Below, one piece after another: positions 9,176 through 19,500 of a stretch of 60,852 nucleotides of DNA. Location of the stretch: IMG/VR virus record IMGVR_UViG_3300009155_000069, positions 1 to 60,852 of that record; one strand, written 5' to 3'. This stretch comes from a virus (taxonomy: Duplodnaviria; Caudoviricetes). Positions within the stretch are counted from its first letter, which is position 1; every line of letters starts with the position of its first letter. The translations under genes and the position numbers were made by a program. The notes beneath the pieces are model-generated. The model saw nothing but the letters and a program-made list of their open reading frames with translations, searched no databases and was not told the DNA's origin.

Positions 9176-9453
9176 TGAACGACCAATACGTCTCCATCGA
9201 AGATGTAGCCAAGTACTACTCGGTGTCGGTGTCAACCGTCCGTGCGTGGATTCGTACGAACAAGCTGACATCCACTGATTTTCTGAAGTTAGGCAACACG
9301 TACCGATTCAAGATCGCTGACGTGGATGCGGCTCTGCGCCGTGTGTCTGCTGACGAAGCCCCCGCACCTGTCGAGGCACCTGCCACGACTATTGCCGAAC
9401 TGACTGCGCCCGTGCAGTTGGAACTGAACTTTAACCCCGACCAAGATGTCTAA
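9172..9453 (+). CDS. Excisionase/MerR-like HTH DNA-binding protein
   Basis: SIEDVAKYYSVSVSTVRAWIR..KLGNTYRF. Confidence 0.85.
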   Translation: MMNDQYVSIEDVAKYYSVSVSTVRAWIRTNKLTSTDFLKLGNTYRFKIADVDAALRRVSADEAPAPVEAPATTIAELTAPVQLELNFNPDQDV

Positions 9454-9463
9454 GGAGAATGAG

Positions 9464-10360
9464 ATGAGCGAACTTACCCTGTTTAAAACTGGACTTCCCA
9501 GCTACCTGAAGAACCTGCAAGAAGATGACACCACCTCCTCACTGGCAGGTGGCGAAGTAGGCCAACGCAAGATCAGCATCAAAGGCGGCGTGTTCCGCGA
9601 GATGCTTGGCAACAAAGAAGTGCGCACGAGCGAAGAACGCGCCATCGGCGTGATCATCATCAAAGCCGCACCGAGTGTGCACCGCACATATTTTGCAGGT
9701 GCGTATGTTGAAGGTCAAAACGCTTCACCAACATGTTGGTCAAGCAACAACCAAACGCCTGATACATCAGTACCCGCCGATCAGAAGCAAGCCTCCAAGT
9801 GCATGGACTGCGCACAAAACGTCAAGGGTTCTGCATCCCAAGGCGATGGTCGTGCATGCCGCTTCAGCCAACGCATTGCTGTGTTGATCGAAGGCGAAAC
9901 ATCCAAGCGCGAAGTCTATCAAGTCATCTGCCCTGCAACATCTGTGTTCGGTGATGGCGAGAAGGGCAAGCTCCCTCTGCAAGCGTACGGTCGCCACTTG
10001 AAAGCACACAACACACCTGTCGCAGGTGTGATCACTGAGATGCGTTTTGACACGGCATCCCCAACACCCAAGTTGGTGTTCAAGCCTGTGCGTCCTATTA
10101 CTGAAGACGAGTATCACGATGTCGAGGCAACTCGCAATAGCGCCGAGGCTGATGAAGCCATCAAGCTGACTGTGGTGATCAAGCCTAAAGATAGTGCCGC
10201 ACCTGCACCAGTCGCCGCTCCTGCTCCGAAGCCCGTACCGAAGGCTGAGAAAGTTGTTGCTGAAGAAGTGGAAGAACCAAAGAAGGTTGAGAAGAAGTCT
10301 ACCCCCGCCGCCACGTCAGCCCCTGCGCTGACGGATTTGGTTGACGGTTGGGACGACTGA
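9464..10360 (+). CDS. Probable ssDNA-binding/annealing protein
   Basis: Replication-module position; CWS..CMDC..ACR cysteines; Pro/Ala linker; acidic-aromatic tail DGWDD. Confidence 0.6.
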   Translation: MSELTLFKTGLPSYLKNLQEDDTTSSLAGGEVGQRKISIKGGVFREMLGNKEVRTSEERAIGVIIIKAAPSVHRTYFAGAYVEGQNASPTCWSSNNQTPDTSVPADQKQASKCMDCAQNVKGSASQGDGRACRFSQRIAVLIEGETSKREVYQVICPATSVFGDGEKGKLPLQAYGRHLKAHNTPVAGVITEMRFDTASPTPKLVFKPVRPITEDEYHDVEATRNSAEADEAIKLTVVIKPKDSAAPAPVAAPAPKPVPKAEKVVAEEVEEPKKVEKKSTPAATSAPALTDLVDGWDD

Positions 10361-10370
10361 TCTTTGACGT

Positions 10371-10401
10371 GGGGATGGGTCGCTCCCATCCCCTCTTTTT
10401 T
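10371..10401 (+). terminator. Rho-independent terminator
   Basis: GGGGATGGG-TCGCT-CCCATCCCC followed by a T tract. Confidence 0.8.
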
Positions 10402-10427
10402 CTTTCACTCCACTTCAGAAGGCGGTC

Positions 10428-13283
10428 ATGCAAACACAAGAATTTTTGAACACAGTCCTGAGTGGAGAGGGTTACTACTGCATTTTCGGCGCAAAGCAAG
10501 ATAAGAAGATTCAGAAGTTTTACCCATCACTGGAGACAGCGAGTTCAGTTGCAGAGGACATGGCACGTAATGGATACGATGCCTACTTTGCACTAGCTAC
10601 GTACGAAACCGGGGAGTCACGTAAAGGCGACAACGCAAAACAACTTAAAGCGTTCTTCCTCGACATAGACTGCGGCCCTGAGAAGGACTACCCTGACCAA
10701 CAAACAGCTATTGCGGCACTGCGCGATTTCTGTAAAAGCGCCAAACTCCCAAGACCAACAATGGTTAACTCGGGTAGGGGTGTGCACGTGTATTGGCCTT
10801 TGACCGAGGCAATCACAGCAGACGCATGGGTGCCTGTTGCAGAGCAACTCAAAGCCCTGTGCAAACTGCATGGTATGGAAGCCGATCCATCTGTCACGGC
10901 AGACGTGGCACGTGTGTTAAGGGTGCCCAACACTTTCAACTTCAAGGGTGATCCACCGCTTGATGTGGTCATACTCGGCGAGATTTCTAAGCCTGTTGAG
11001 TTTGAAGCGTTCAAGTCATTGATGGGTGAGGTGCCCGTCACCGCACGGAACTTTGTGCCGAAGGTCATGGACGATGTGACCAACGCACTGGCAGGTAGTT
11101 TCTCAAACTCATTTAAGCTGATTGTGCAGAAGACTGCCGCAGGGCGCGGCTGTGCACAGATTCAGAAGGTCATACAGGAACAAGCTACCCTGAGTGAACC
11201 TATGTGGAGGGCGGGCCTGTCCATTGCGAAGTTCTGTGTGGATGCCGAAAAAGCAATCACCAAAATTTCCTCGGGGCATCCTGACTACGACCGTAGAGCG
11301 ACACAGCAAAAAGTCGAATGGATCAAAGGGCCATATACGTGCGACAAGTTCAATGAGTTCAATCCTGATGTGTGCGACAACTGCAAACATCGTGGAAAGA
11401 TAAAGTCACCAATCGTACTTGGACGTGAGGTTCTGGAAGCCACCGAGGAAGACAACATTGTAGAAGATGTTCCCGAGAACATCGAGGTGCCCAAACAAAC
11501 GTACGTGATACCAAAATATCCCGAGCCTTTCTTTCGCGGCAAAGCTGGCGGTATTTTCAAGCGTATGAAGAACAAGGAAGGTGACCCCATAGAGGTGCCG
11601 ATTTACCACAACGACTTCTACGTTGTGCGCCGACTGCGTGACCCTGATGTGGGTGAAGCTGTCGTGATGCGTCTGCACCTCCCCAAGGACGGGGTGCGGG
11701 AGTTCACCGTTCCATTGGCGTCGATCCTGAGTAAGGACGAGTTTCGCAAATACATGGCGGCGCATGGCGTTGCCGTAATCAAAATGGAAGAACTTATGTC
11801 ATATACAGCTTCGTGGGTCAACAAACTTCAATCAACCACACAGGCAGATGAGGCACGGCGACAATTTGGTTGGACTGATGAACTGCTGTCGGCCTTTGTG
11901 GTTGGTAGCAAAGAGATTCGCGCCGACCGAGTGGATCACAACCCACCTGCAAACTCTACGGTCAGCATGTTCCCGATGTTTCAAAACAAGGGCACGATGA
12001 CAGGTTGGACTGAGATCATGGACTTCTACAACCGTGAAGGTATGGAGTTGCACCAGTACATCATTGGTCTGTCGTTCGGTTCTCCGTTCATGGCGTTTGT
12101 GCCGCAGTGCGCCTCACTCTTTCACGTGTACAGCCAAGACCCCGGACTCGGCAAGACCACAGCGATGATGGCAGGTGCAAGTATTTGGGGCAATCCTGAA
12201 CTGATCCTGTTGCGTGAAGTTGATACGCATGCGTCGAAGATGAACCGCGCCGAGGTGTACAAGAACATCTTCTTGCCAATTGATGAGATGACCAACGTCA
12301 ACCCCAAGGAAGCAAGTGACTTCTTGTACCAACTGACTGGCGGTATGCAGAGGAATCGGCAAAGCCAAAACGCCAACAAAGAACGTGTTCGTGGTGAGAC
12401 ATGGCACACAAATGCTTGCAGCACAGGTAACACAAGTCTGTTAGCACGTGTTCGTATGTACAAGGCAATACCCAAGGCAGAGGCAACTCGCGTGTTGGAG
12501 TATGAGGCACAGAAGTTTCACTTCGACACCAAGGCCGAGACAGATGTGTTGAGCCGCAACTTGTACGCGCACTACGGACACGCTTGCGTTCCGTTCATGC
12601 AGTACGTGCTTGCCAACATGGATGAGTGCCGTTCGCTCTTTCTGCAAACACAAGAGCGTATTGACATAGCGGCAGGGCTATCACAGCCACACAGGTTTTG
12701 GTCTGTTCAGGCGGCATCGGCAATCACTGGGCTGTTGATTGCAAAGAAGATTGGTCTGATCAAGTTCAAGGTGTCGGACATCGTGACTTGGTTGATCAAG
12801 GTAATTGAAAAAGCAAAAACGGAGATTGAAAATATGAGCGGCACCCTTGAGGACACCTTGACGAGTTACCTCGCTGAGAACTACAACAACATCCTGCGTA
12901 TCAAGAGTACTGATGATGCACGTACAGGCACCGATGCACTGGAGCACCTGATCATTCCCGATGCGTCACCGCGCATCCATTTGGTCGCTCGGTATGAGTA
13001 CGACATCAAGAAGATGTATCTACTACCCAAGCCACTGCGTGAGTGGTGCAGTAAACAGCAGATCAACTATCAGACGTTCGTTGAGAGTTTGAAGACGGGT
13101 CAGACTCGCGCCGTGGTGAAGAAGATTCGCATGGGTAAAGGAACACACATGAACTTACCTCCGAGTGATACGTTGGTGATTGATTGTTCCGAGTTCATGT
13201 CGGATGAAGTCGAGCAAACTTTGGCGGCGGCACATGTCTCAACCAGTCTTTCCCCAGCCTTACAGCAAGCCGATCAACCCTGA
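10428..13283 (+). CDS. AEP-type primase fused to DUF927-like P-loop helicase
   Basis: LDIDC, NSGRGVHVYW, ARVLRVP (AEP); Cys-rich primase C-terminal region; Walker A PGLGKTT and Walker B PIDEM. Confidence 0.88.
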   Translation: MQTQEFLNTVLSGEGYYCIFGAKQDKKIQKFYPSLETASSVAEDMARNGYDAYFALATYETGESRKGDNAKQLKAFFLDIDCGPEKDYPDQQTAIAALRDFCKSAKLPRPTMVNSGRGVHVYWPLTEAITADAWVPVAEQLKALCKLHGMEADPSVTADVARVLRVPNTFNFKGDPPLDVVILGEISKPVEFEAFKSLMGEVPVTARNFVPKVMDDVTNALAGSFSNSFKLIVQKTAAGRGCAQIQKVIQEQATLSEPMWRAGLSIAKFCVDAEKAITKISSGHPDYDRRATQQKVEWIKGPYTCDKFNEFNPDVCDNCKHRGKIKSPIVLGREVLEATEEDNIVEDVPENIEVPKQTYVIPKYPEPFFRGKAGGIFKRMKNKEGDPIEVPIYHNDFYVVRRLRDPDVGEAVVMRLHLPKDGVREFTVPLASILSKDEFRKYMAAHGVAVIKMEELMSYTASWVNKLQSTTQADEARRQFGWTDELLSAFVVGSKEIRADRVDHNPPANSTVSMFPMFQNKGTMTGWTEIMDFYNREGMELHQYIIGLSFGSPFMAFVPQCASLFHVYSQDPGLGKTTAMMAGASIWGNPELILLREVDTHASKMNRAEVYKNIFLPIDEMTNVNPKEASDFLYQLTGGMQRNRQSQNANKERVRGETWHTNACSTGNTSLLARVRMYKAIPKAEATRVLEYEAQKFHFDTKAETDVLSRNLYAHYGHACVPFMQYVLANMDECRSLFLQTQERIDIAAGLSQPHRFWSVQAASAITGLLIAKKIGLIKFKVSDIVTWLIKVIEKAKTEIENMSGTLEDTLTSYLAENYNNILRIKSTDDARTGTDALEHLIIPDASPRIHLVARYEYDIKKMYLLPKPLREWCSKQQINYQTFVESLKTGQTRAVVKKIRMGKGTHMNLPPSDTLVIDCSEFMSDEVEQTLAAAHVSTSLSPALQQADQP

Positions 13284-13470
13284 TGGGGTTGAGATCAAGG
13301 TACGCTGGAGCCTGTTTCCCGTAGGTGCATCGGTGTTTATACCTGCAATAAACCTATCAAAACTTATCAGACAGATGCAACGGGAAGCAGACTTGCGAGA
13401 AATTCGGCTTGTTCACGCCGAGCGGATTGAGGCAGGGAAATTGGGGGTTCGTTTTTGGAGAGTCATGTGA
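13234..13470 (+). CDS. Small hypothetical protein
   Basis: W..FPVGASVFIP..GVRFWRV pattern; last gene of the + arm. Confidence 0.65.
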   Translation: MSQPVFPQPYSKPINPDGVEIKVRWSLFPVGASVFIPAINLSKLIRQMQREADLREIRLVHAERIEAGKLGVRFWRVM

Positions 13471-13540
13471 TACAGTGGAGGTGGTGGTGATTGCAGTTGC
13501 CGCCGTTTCATCTCCTCTCTCCTTCACAAGAGAAGTTAAC

Positions 13541-13567
13541 CTCCCCGCCTCGTGCGGGGAGTTTTTT
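13541..13567 (+). terminator. Rho-independent terminator between the convergent arms
   Basis: CTCCCCGC-CTCGT-GCGGGGAG-TTTTTT. Confidence 0.85.
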
Positions 13568-13568
13568 C

Positions 13569-16500
13569 TCAGTCTTCCAAGTCCCGAGCCAACTCGTCCA
13601 ACTCACTCCTGAGCTTTGGACTGAGCGTGATACCGTGATACATCTTTTGGGTTGTACGTTCATGTTGAGCCATCGAGCGGGAGATCGACTCACTCACGTT
13701 ACCAAGACCCGGATGTTTACTGTACAACTTGTCCAGCTTCTCACGCATATCCTGCATACCGTCAATGTCGTACGTCCGTTGGGCGGTGTAGTACTGGCGA
13801 AGCAGTTTGGTTTTCTGATCGTTTACGCTCTTGTCGATACCTTTGAGACGTGCGTTGATCTCAAGTTGCTTCGTGTAATCCGCAGGGGCAAAGCCAAACA
13901 TTTGAGCGAAAGCGTTCCATGCGTTCACGTCCCCTGTGATTGGGTCACCACGCAGAGTATTCGCACCCTCGGTGCCGATACGGATACCGCGCATCACATT
14001 ACCAACACCTGATGGCAACATTGTTTCAATGCCGCGCTCGACTTCACCATCGCGGATCATGTCAGAACCACGCTTGATTTTTGTTGCGATACCGTATGCG
14101 GGGCCACCAAGCATTTCAGCAACCGACTCAGCCATTGATGCAGAACCTGACGACATCTTGTTGTCGCGGAAGATCAGATCACCCAAGCCAGTGCGTGAGG
14201 CAATGTCAAGGTTGGTCATGTAGTTGACCAAACCTTTGTACGCCAACTCGCCAGTGCTTGCACGTACCACAGTGCCAAAGTCTTCATCGTCATCATCAGC
14301 AAACATGTTGTAGATCATGGCAAGCATGCCGAACATGGGTAGACCTTGCAGACCTGAGAAGATTGCCGCCATACCGTAGATACCAGCCAGTTGTTTCATG
14401 GCGGCTTTGCGGACATCGGGGTCTTGCTTTTGCAAGGCTTCCTTGGTCATCTTGAACATCATGTAGTACATGGACACGCCGTAGCGTTTGAACATGAACA
14501 GTACCTTGCCGATAGCGCCTTGAGCAATACGGGGTGCCGAAGCCGCCGCTGTACCACCGTTGGTCATCTCGGCTGTGTAGATCGCTTGATTGGCGGCGTA
14601 AACTTCTTTCTCTTTGGCAGACAACGTGTCAGCCAGCGTGCCGTCTTCTAGCTTCGCACCCTTCTTGTTCAGGCGGTCAAGCTCAAGGTTGTAGGCGGCG
14701 ATCATGGACACCTGACGGTTCATGCGCTCACCGTGGTGGAACATGAAACCCGAAGCGGCGTTAAGCGTCTTCATGGGTGACTTGCCACCATCGACTTCCA
14801 ACACGTCATAGAACATCGAGCGGTTCAGTTGACCCGCTTGAGATGCAACTTCGGACAGAGTTTGCAGACGCTTGATGTCTTTGTCCTTTACGTTGTCAAA
14901 GTCAAAGTTGTCGAGGGACGGCATTGCATTTTCTTTGGCAGTGATGCTCTTGCCGTCTTCCTTGGGCAGGATTGTGACCTTGCGCTCAAACCCACTGCGT
15001 GAGTACAAGCGGTATGCGTCTTGGATTGCTTTCTGTGCGTCACCGTAGCCGTACTTACCGCCAAGATAAGGCAACACAATCAGGGGCACCTGCGTCAAGT
15101 TGACGACAGCCGATGACACGTTGAAGCCGAGCAGGTAGTTAAAGCCAAGGGACGACAGCATCTGAGTCGCTAAGTTGGTCGTTGGGCTGATGGCAAACTT
15201 AATGCGCTTGTCCAACTCATCAAAATATTGTTTGTGCAGTTGGTTGTCTTGGGAACCCTCGCCTTCGCCAGCGGCCTTGGCTTCTGCAAACAACTTATCG
15301 CGTGCGGCAGTCAACTTGGCTGCGTATTTCATGTTTGACATCTGACGAGACATACTGAATGTCTTCTCGCGGAACGCACGGATCGAGTCCTTGCTGTAAC
15401 CCAGCGTGCCTTTACGCTTCTGGAACGCCTGTGCAAAAGATGATTCAGGGAGTGTCTGCAAGAACAGGCGGAGCACTTGCTCACGTGCCTCAGTAAATTT
15501 CTCACGCGCCTCGGGAGTGAGGGAGCCACCATCAATGACTTGAAGCACGCTGTTCACGAAAGACGATGATGGCGTATTGCGGTAGTTCATCTCTGACAGC
15601 TTGGCGAACTTCTGCACCTGTGTGGCACCGTTCTCTTTAAGCATGCTGATGAACCGCTCACGCTCACGTTCAGTCTCAAATGCAGACACGTATGTGTCAG
15701 GTTTACCACCACGACCCGGGGCCGAGTAGGATACCCAGAAGTCACCATTACGCGTTAGTGGGAAATACGGTGTGATCTGTCCACGCTCGGCAAGTTTGGC
15801 GTAAATCTCCCGCTTGATCTTTTCAGATTCTTCCTTGCCCATACCAGCGGCGTCGATACGTGCACCGATGGATTCCCGAATCTCCTCGTACAGAGCTTGG
15901 TAGGTATCGCGCATGCGGCGGTACAACTGACGACCTGCGGGGCCAATAGCCTCAAAGTCTTTCTGCATGGCATCCCATGCTTCCAGCTTCTCTTTTTGGG
16001 TGAGCTTTTGGAGGCGCTCGGCATCTTTGTCACCCTTGGTGTCAGCCTTCTCATAGGTTTCACGTGGAACCGATGGGTCAACCTCATCAATCGTACTTTT
16101 GTAGATTAGACTGTTGAACTTATCGAGTAACTTGCTGTGTTCTTTCGCCCACTTCTCAGCTTCAGCGACAACTGGCTCAATCTGCTGATTGCGGCGGTAC
16201 TCATCACCACCCTTTTCTTCCACGAGGCGGTTGACCGTGGGTGCGGAGGGCAGGTAGGTTTTGGCAACGTCTACCAGTGCATGCAACGGAAGAGTGGACA
16301 GAACGATGTTCTTGATCGTACCCGTGGTTGTACCCTTCAAGAATCCATGCAACCTATCCGCACGCTCTTGCGTCATGCCGGGGAGTTTGGATACCGCATC
16401 AACGGCGCTGTTGAGCCAATCCGCTACAACCTCACTCTTGGGGTTGATCGTAGCGGCATAGAGGATGGGTGCATCACGCAGTTCAGGCGAAGGCGAGAGC

Positions 16501-19500
16501 ATGGCCTCGATGACTTGATCAGCCTTGTCCAAAGCTGTTTCGATGCGCTTGGGTTCAAGTCCGATGAGCTTGCGGAAAAAATTCTTTACCGAATTGGTAA
16601 AGCGTTGAAGCGCGGTGATCTTCTCACCCTTGGGGTTGATGGCGTTCAGCTTGGCGCGGAACGATTCGTTTGAAAACGCCTCGGCAGTAAACTCATCCAG
16701 CGACTCAGCGCCGTACGCAGTGTCGAGCGAACCCTTGACATCATTGAACAACTCGCGCAGTTGCTTGGTCAGTGGGTGTGCAGGGTTGGCGATTGTGTAG
16801 GCAGTGGCGGCGTGCCCAACTTCGTGCAAGAGCACGTGCGTGTTCATACCTGTCTCGGGGTCAAGGAATATCGTGTCGGTTTTGGGGTCATACATGCCCG
16901 GAACGCGCTGCCCGGCTTCGTTCGTAAGGTTCTCACGGATAACAACTTTTGGTGTGACACCCGCACGCACTAGGGCCGTCGCCAGCTTACCAATCGTGCC
17001 ACCAAAATAATCAGCGGTCATTCGCAGTGCGCCTTGGATGTCACCCTTGGACAGCAAGTCAGCAATCGCTGGGTGCAGTGGCATCGCCATCGAGTCGGCT
17101 TCATTCAACTCCAGTGCGGCATCAGGGTCGGTGTAGGTGCGGACGTACGTTTGTTCAGCGTTGTGCTTGGCAAGTTCTTTTTCAGAAGATGCAAACTGCT
17201 TCTGATACTCGGCAACCATCTTGTCGAGTGCCTTAATTGAATCAGCATCTAAATTCTCACGCACCCACTTTTCTGCAAGTTGGGCGGCTTTGAAGTCCAT
17301 GCCCTTGAAGAACTCAGCTTCAGCCGCCGATTCGCCCGGAGCGCGGCGATAACGTGGAGTCTTGTCCACGAGGTTAAACGCTATGTTGCGCAGCGCGTCG
17401 ATGGTGCGAGGTACCTTACCAAAATATGTTTTGGCGGCTTCGGCTTCCTTGGAAGGCTTGGCTTCTTTCTTGACCTTGCTGACCTTGGCAGTGTCTGCCT
17501 CTTTCACATCAGTCTTGTCAGCGGCGTAGCCCACGTTGGCAACGCGCTTGAGTTCTTTGGCGGCAGTCTGCCCCGCCTTCTCCTCAACGGTCTTAGCTTC
17601 AGGCTCGGCCTTCTCCACAGGCTTCTCGGCCTTGGGAGCGGCTTCCTTTTTGGGTTCAGCCTTTGGCTCGGCCTTCTTCTCCACAGTTTTTTCCACAGGC
17701 TTCTCAGCCTTGGCTTCAGGAGTAACTGCGGGTTTACCCTCGGGTTTAGCTTCTACTTTAGCTACGGGTTTACCTTCGGCTTTCTTACCTTCGGGTTTAC
17801 CCTCAGTTATCAATTCGACAGGTGCAAACTTAGTAGTTTTCAGTGGAGTGGGTTTCTCGCTCTTTCGTACTCCAGTCTGTCCAGTACTGCTTGCAGGTAC
17901 ATCCACTCGCCCATCTCCAGATGGAGCAGTTCTTGCGGTGGTTTCAGTCTTTGCGGGTCGGCTAGAAACTGGAACGCCCTCTCCAGTAATGGTAGGGACA
18001 GGTTCGATAGATTTGAGTTGAGCACGTGGAGTCTCCTTTCCGGTGGCGGCGGCAGTCGCGCCACCCTTGGGGCCGAACATCTCGGACTGACCCATGAACA
18101 AGGGAGACTGCAATGCTTGTGCGACTTGGGCGCGAGATTCGGGAGGGACTGCCTCGTTGGTCGAGTATGCAGTCAACTCACGTTGAACTTGAGCGCGTTG
18201 GGTCGGGTTAGATAAATCCTTTCCTACGAGGCGTTTGCGCAGCGGAGCGGAAGGCAACACACCAAAACCTGTCATCATCTCTTGCGTTACGACTTCTGGG
18301 GCCGGAGCTTGTCCAGCGGCCTCGGCTTTTGCTGCCTCTTGATTGGCACGCACCTTGTCACCGTAGCGAACACCCATACCGGGGAACGATTCTTGTACAG
18401 GTTCACGTACAACTGGCGCAGGGGCAGGTGCAGACTCGGGTGGCTCGGCAATTTGTAGCTGGCGCTGATTCTCAGCGGCAACAGTTTCAGCTTGTTTCTG
18501 CGCGGCGGCATCTTGCTCGGCCTGACGGAAGTCTTTATCGCGGCTGACAACTTCTTGCAAACGATCAGGCATCTGAGTGTTAACAGGCTCCTCACGGAAG
18601 CCACGACCCTCGGGTGCAGGTGCGGCAAACTGCAAGGCACCTTGGCGGGAATCGGCTGACGCTTCGTTCTGCAACGACGCCAGATTGTCGTCCTGCATCT
18701 CAGCACGAACTTGTTTGTATGCCTCAACTACGGCTTGTCTGGGGGCCATGCCCTTGTCAATTAACTCTTGGGTGACCTCGCTCACGCGAATCGTCATCGG
18801 ATCAGTTTCTTCGGGCGCGGCTTGGCGCTCGGGCATCATATCGCCGAGCAAGTCGGGCTGTTGGGACATGAACCCTTCTTCAGCGGCGGCGCGGCGGTCA
18901 GGGCGTTGCATACTTCCCATGCCGGGAAGTAACATCTGACGCTCGTCAATGGTAGGTGCTACATCTTCTTCAGGCGCGATCTTGGCCTTTGCCATCTTCA
19001 CCGAGTCCATATCACCGGACTGGTTCAACATATCCGCTTCAGCACGAGTCAGTTCTTCACCACGGTTGAGCTTGGTCTTGGCGGCATCGAGCGTTTCAGT
19101 GTATGAGGCACCCTTACCATCAGGGGTATACCTAGCCACATCGTCCATGCTGAACTTGGCCTTTGCCAGTTCATTTGGAAACATGTCTGCCTGTGGGCCA
19201 CCAGCGCGGCGCTCGTAGGCGGGCCGATTAAAGTCAACATCCGCAGGTAAATTTGTTTGTGCGGCGGTCTGCTCACCAGCAGCTTCGGCCCTACGGTCTG
19301 CTTCCTCACGTGATAACGCAGCGGTGCGGCGTCCTTCTACGATAGCGCCCGGGGCACCGAACGTACCGCCACCAATAGCACCCTTGATGGACGCGTTCAA
19401 AATACGGTCGATGTTTTCAGTGTCGAGGAGGCTACCCTTTGCGCCAGCAGTTTGCTCGGCAAGGATGCCCAGCACTTCTTGCAAGCCTTCAGTACCAGCT

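Noticed and set aside
9172-9453. Integration/excision module
   Set aside because: Xis-like HTH only; no tyrosine or serine recombinase recognised and no host flanks.
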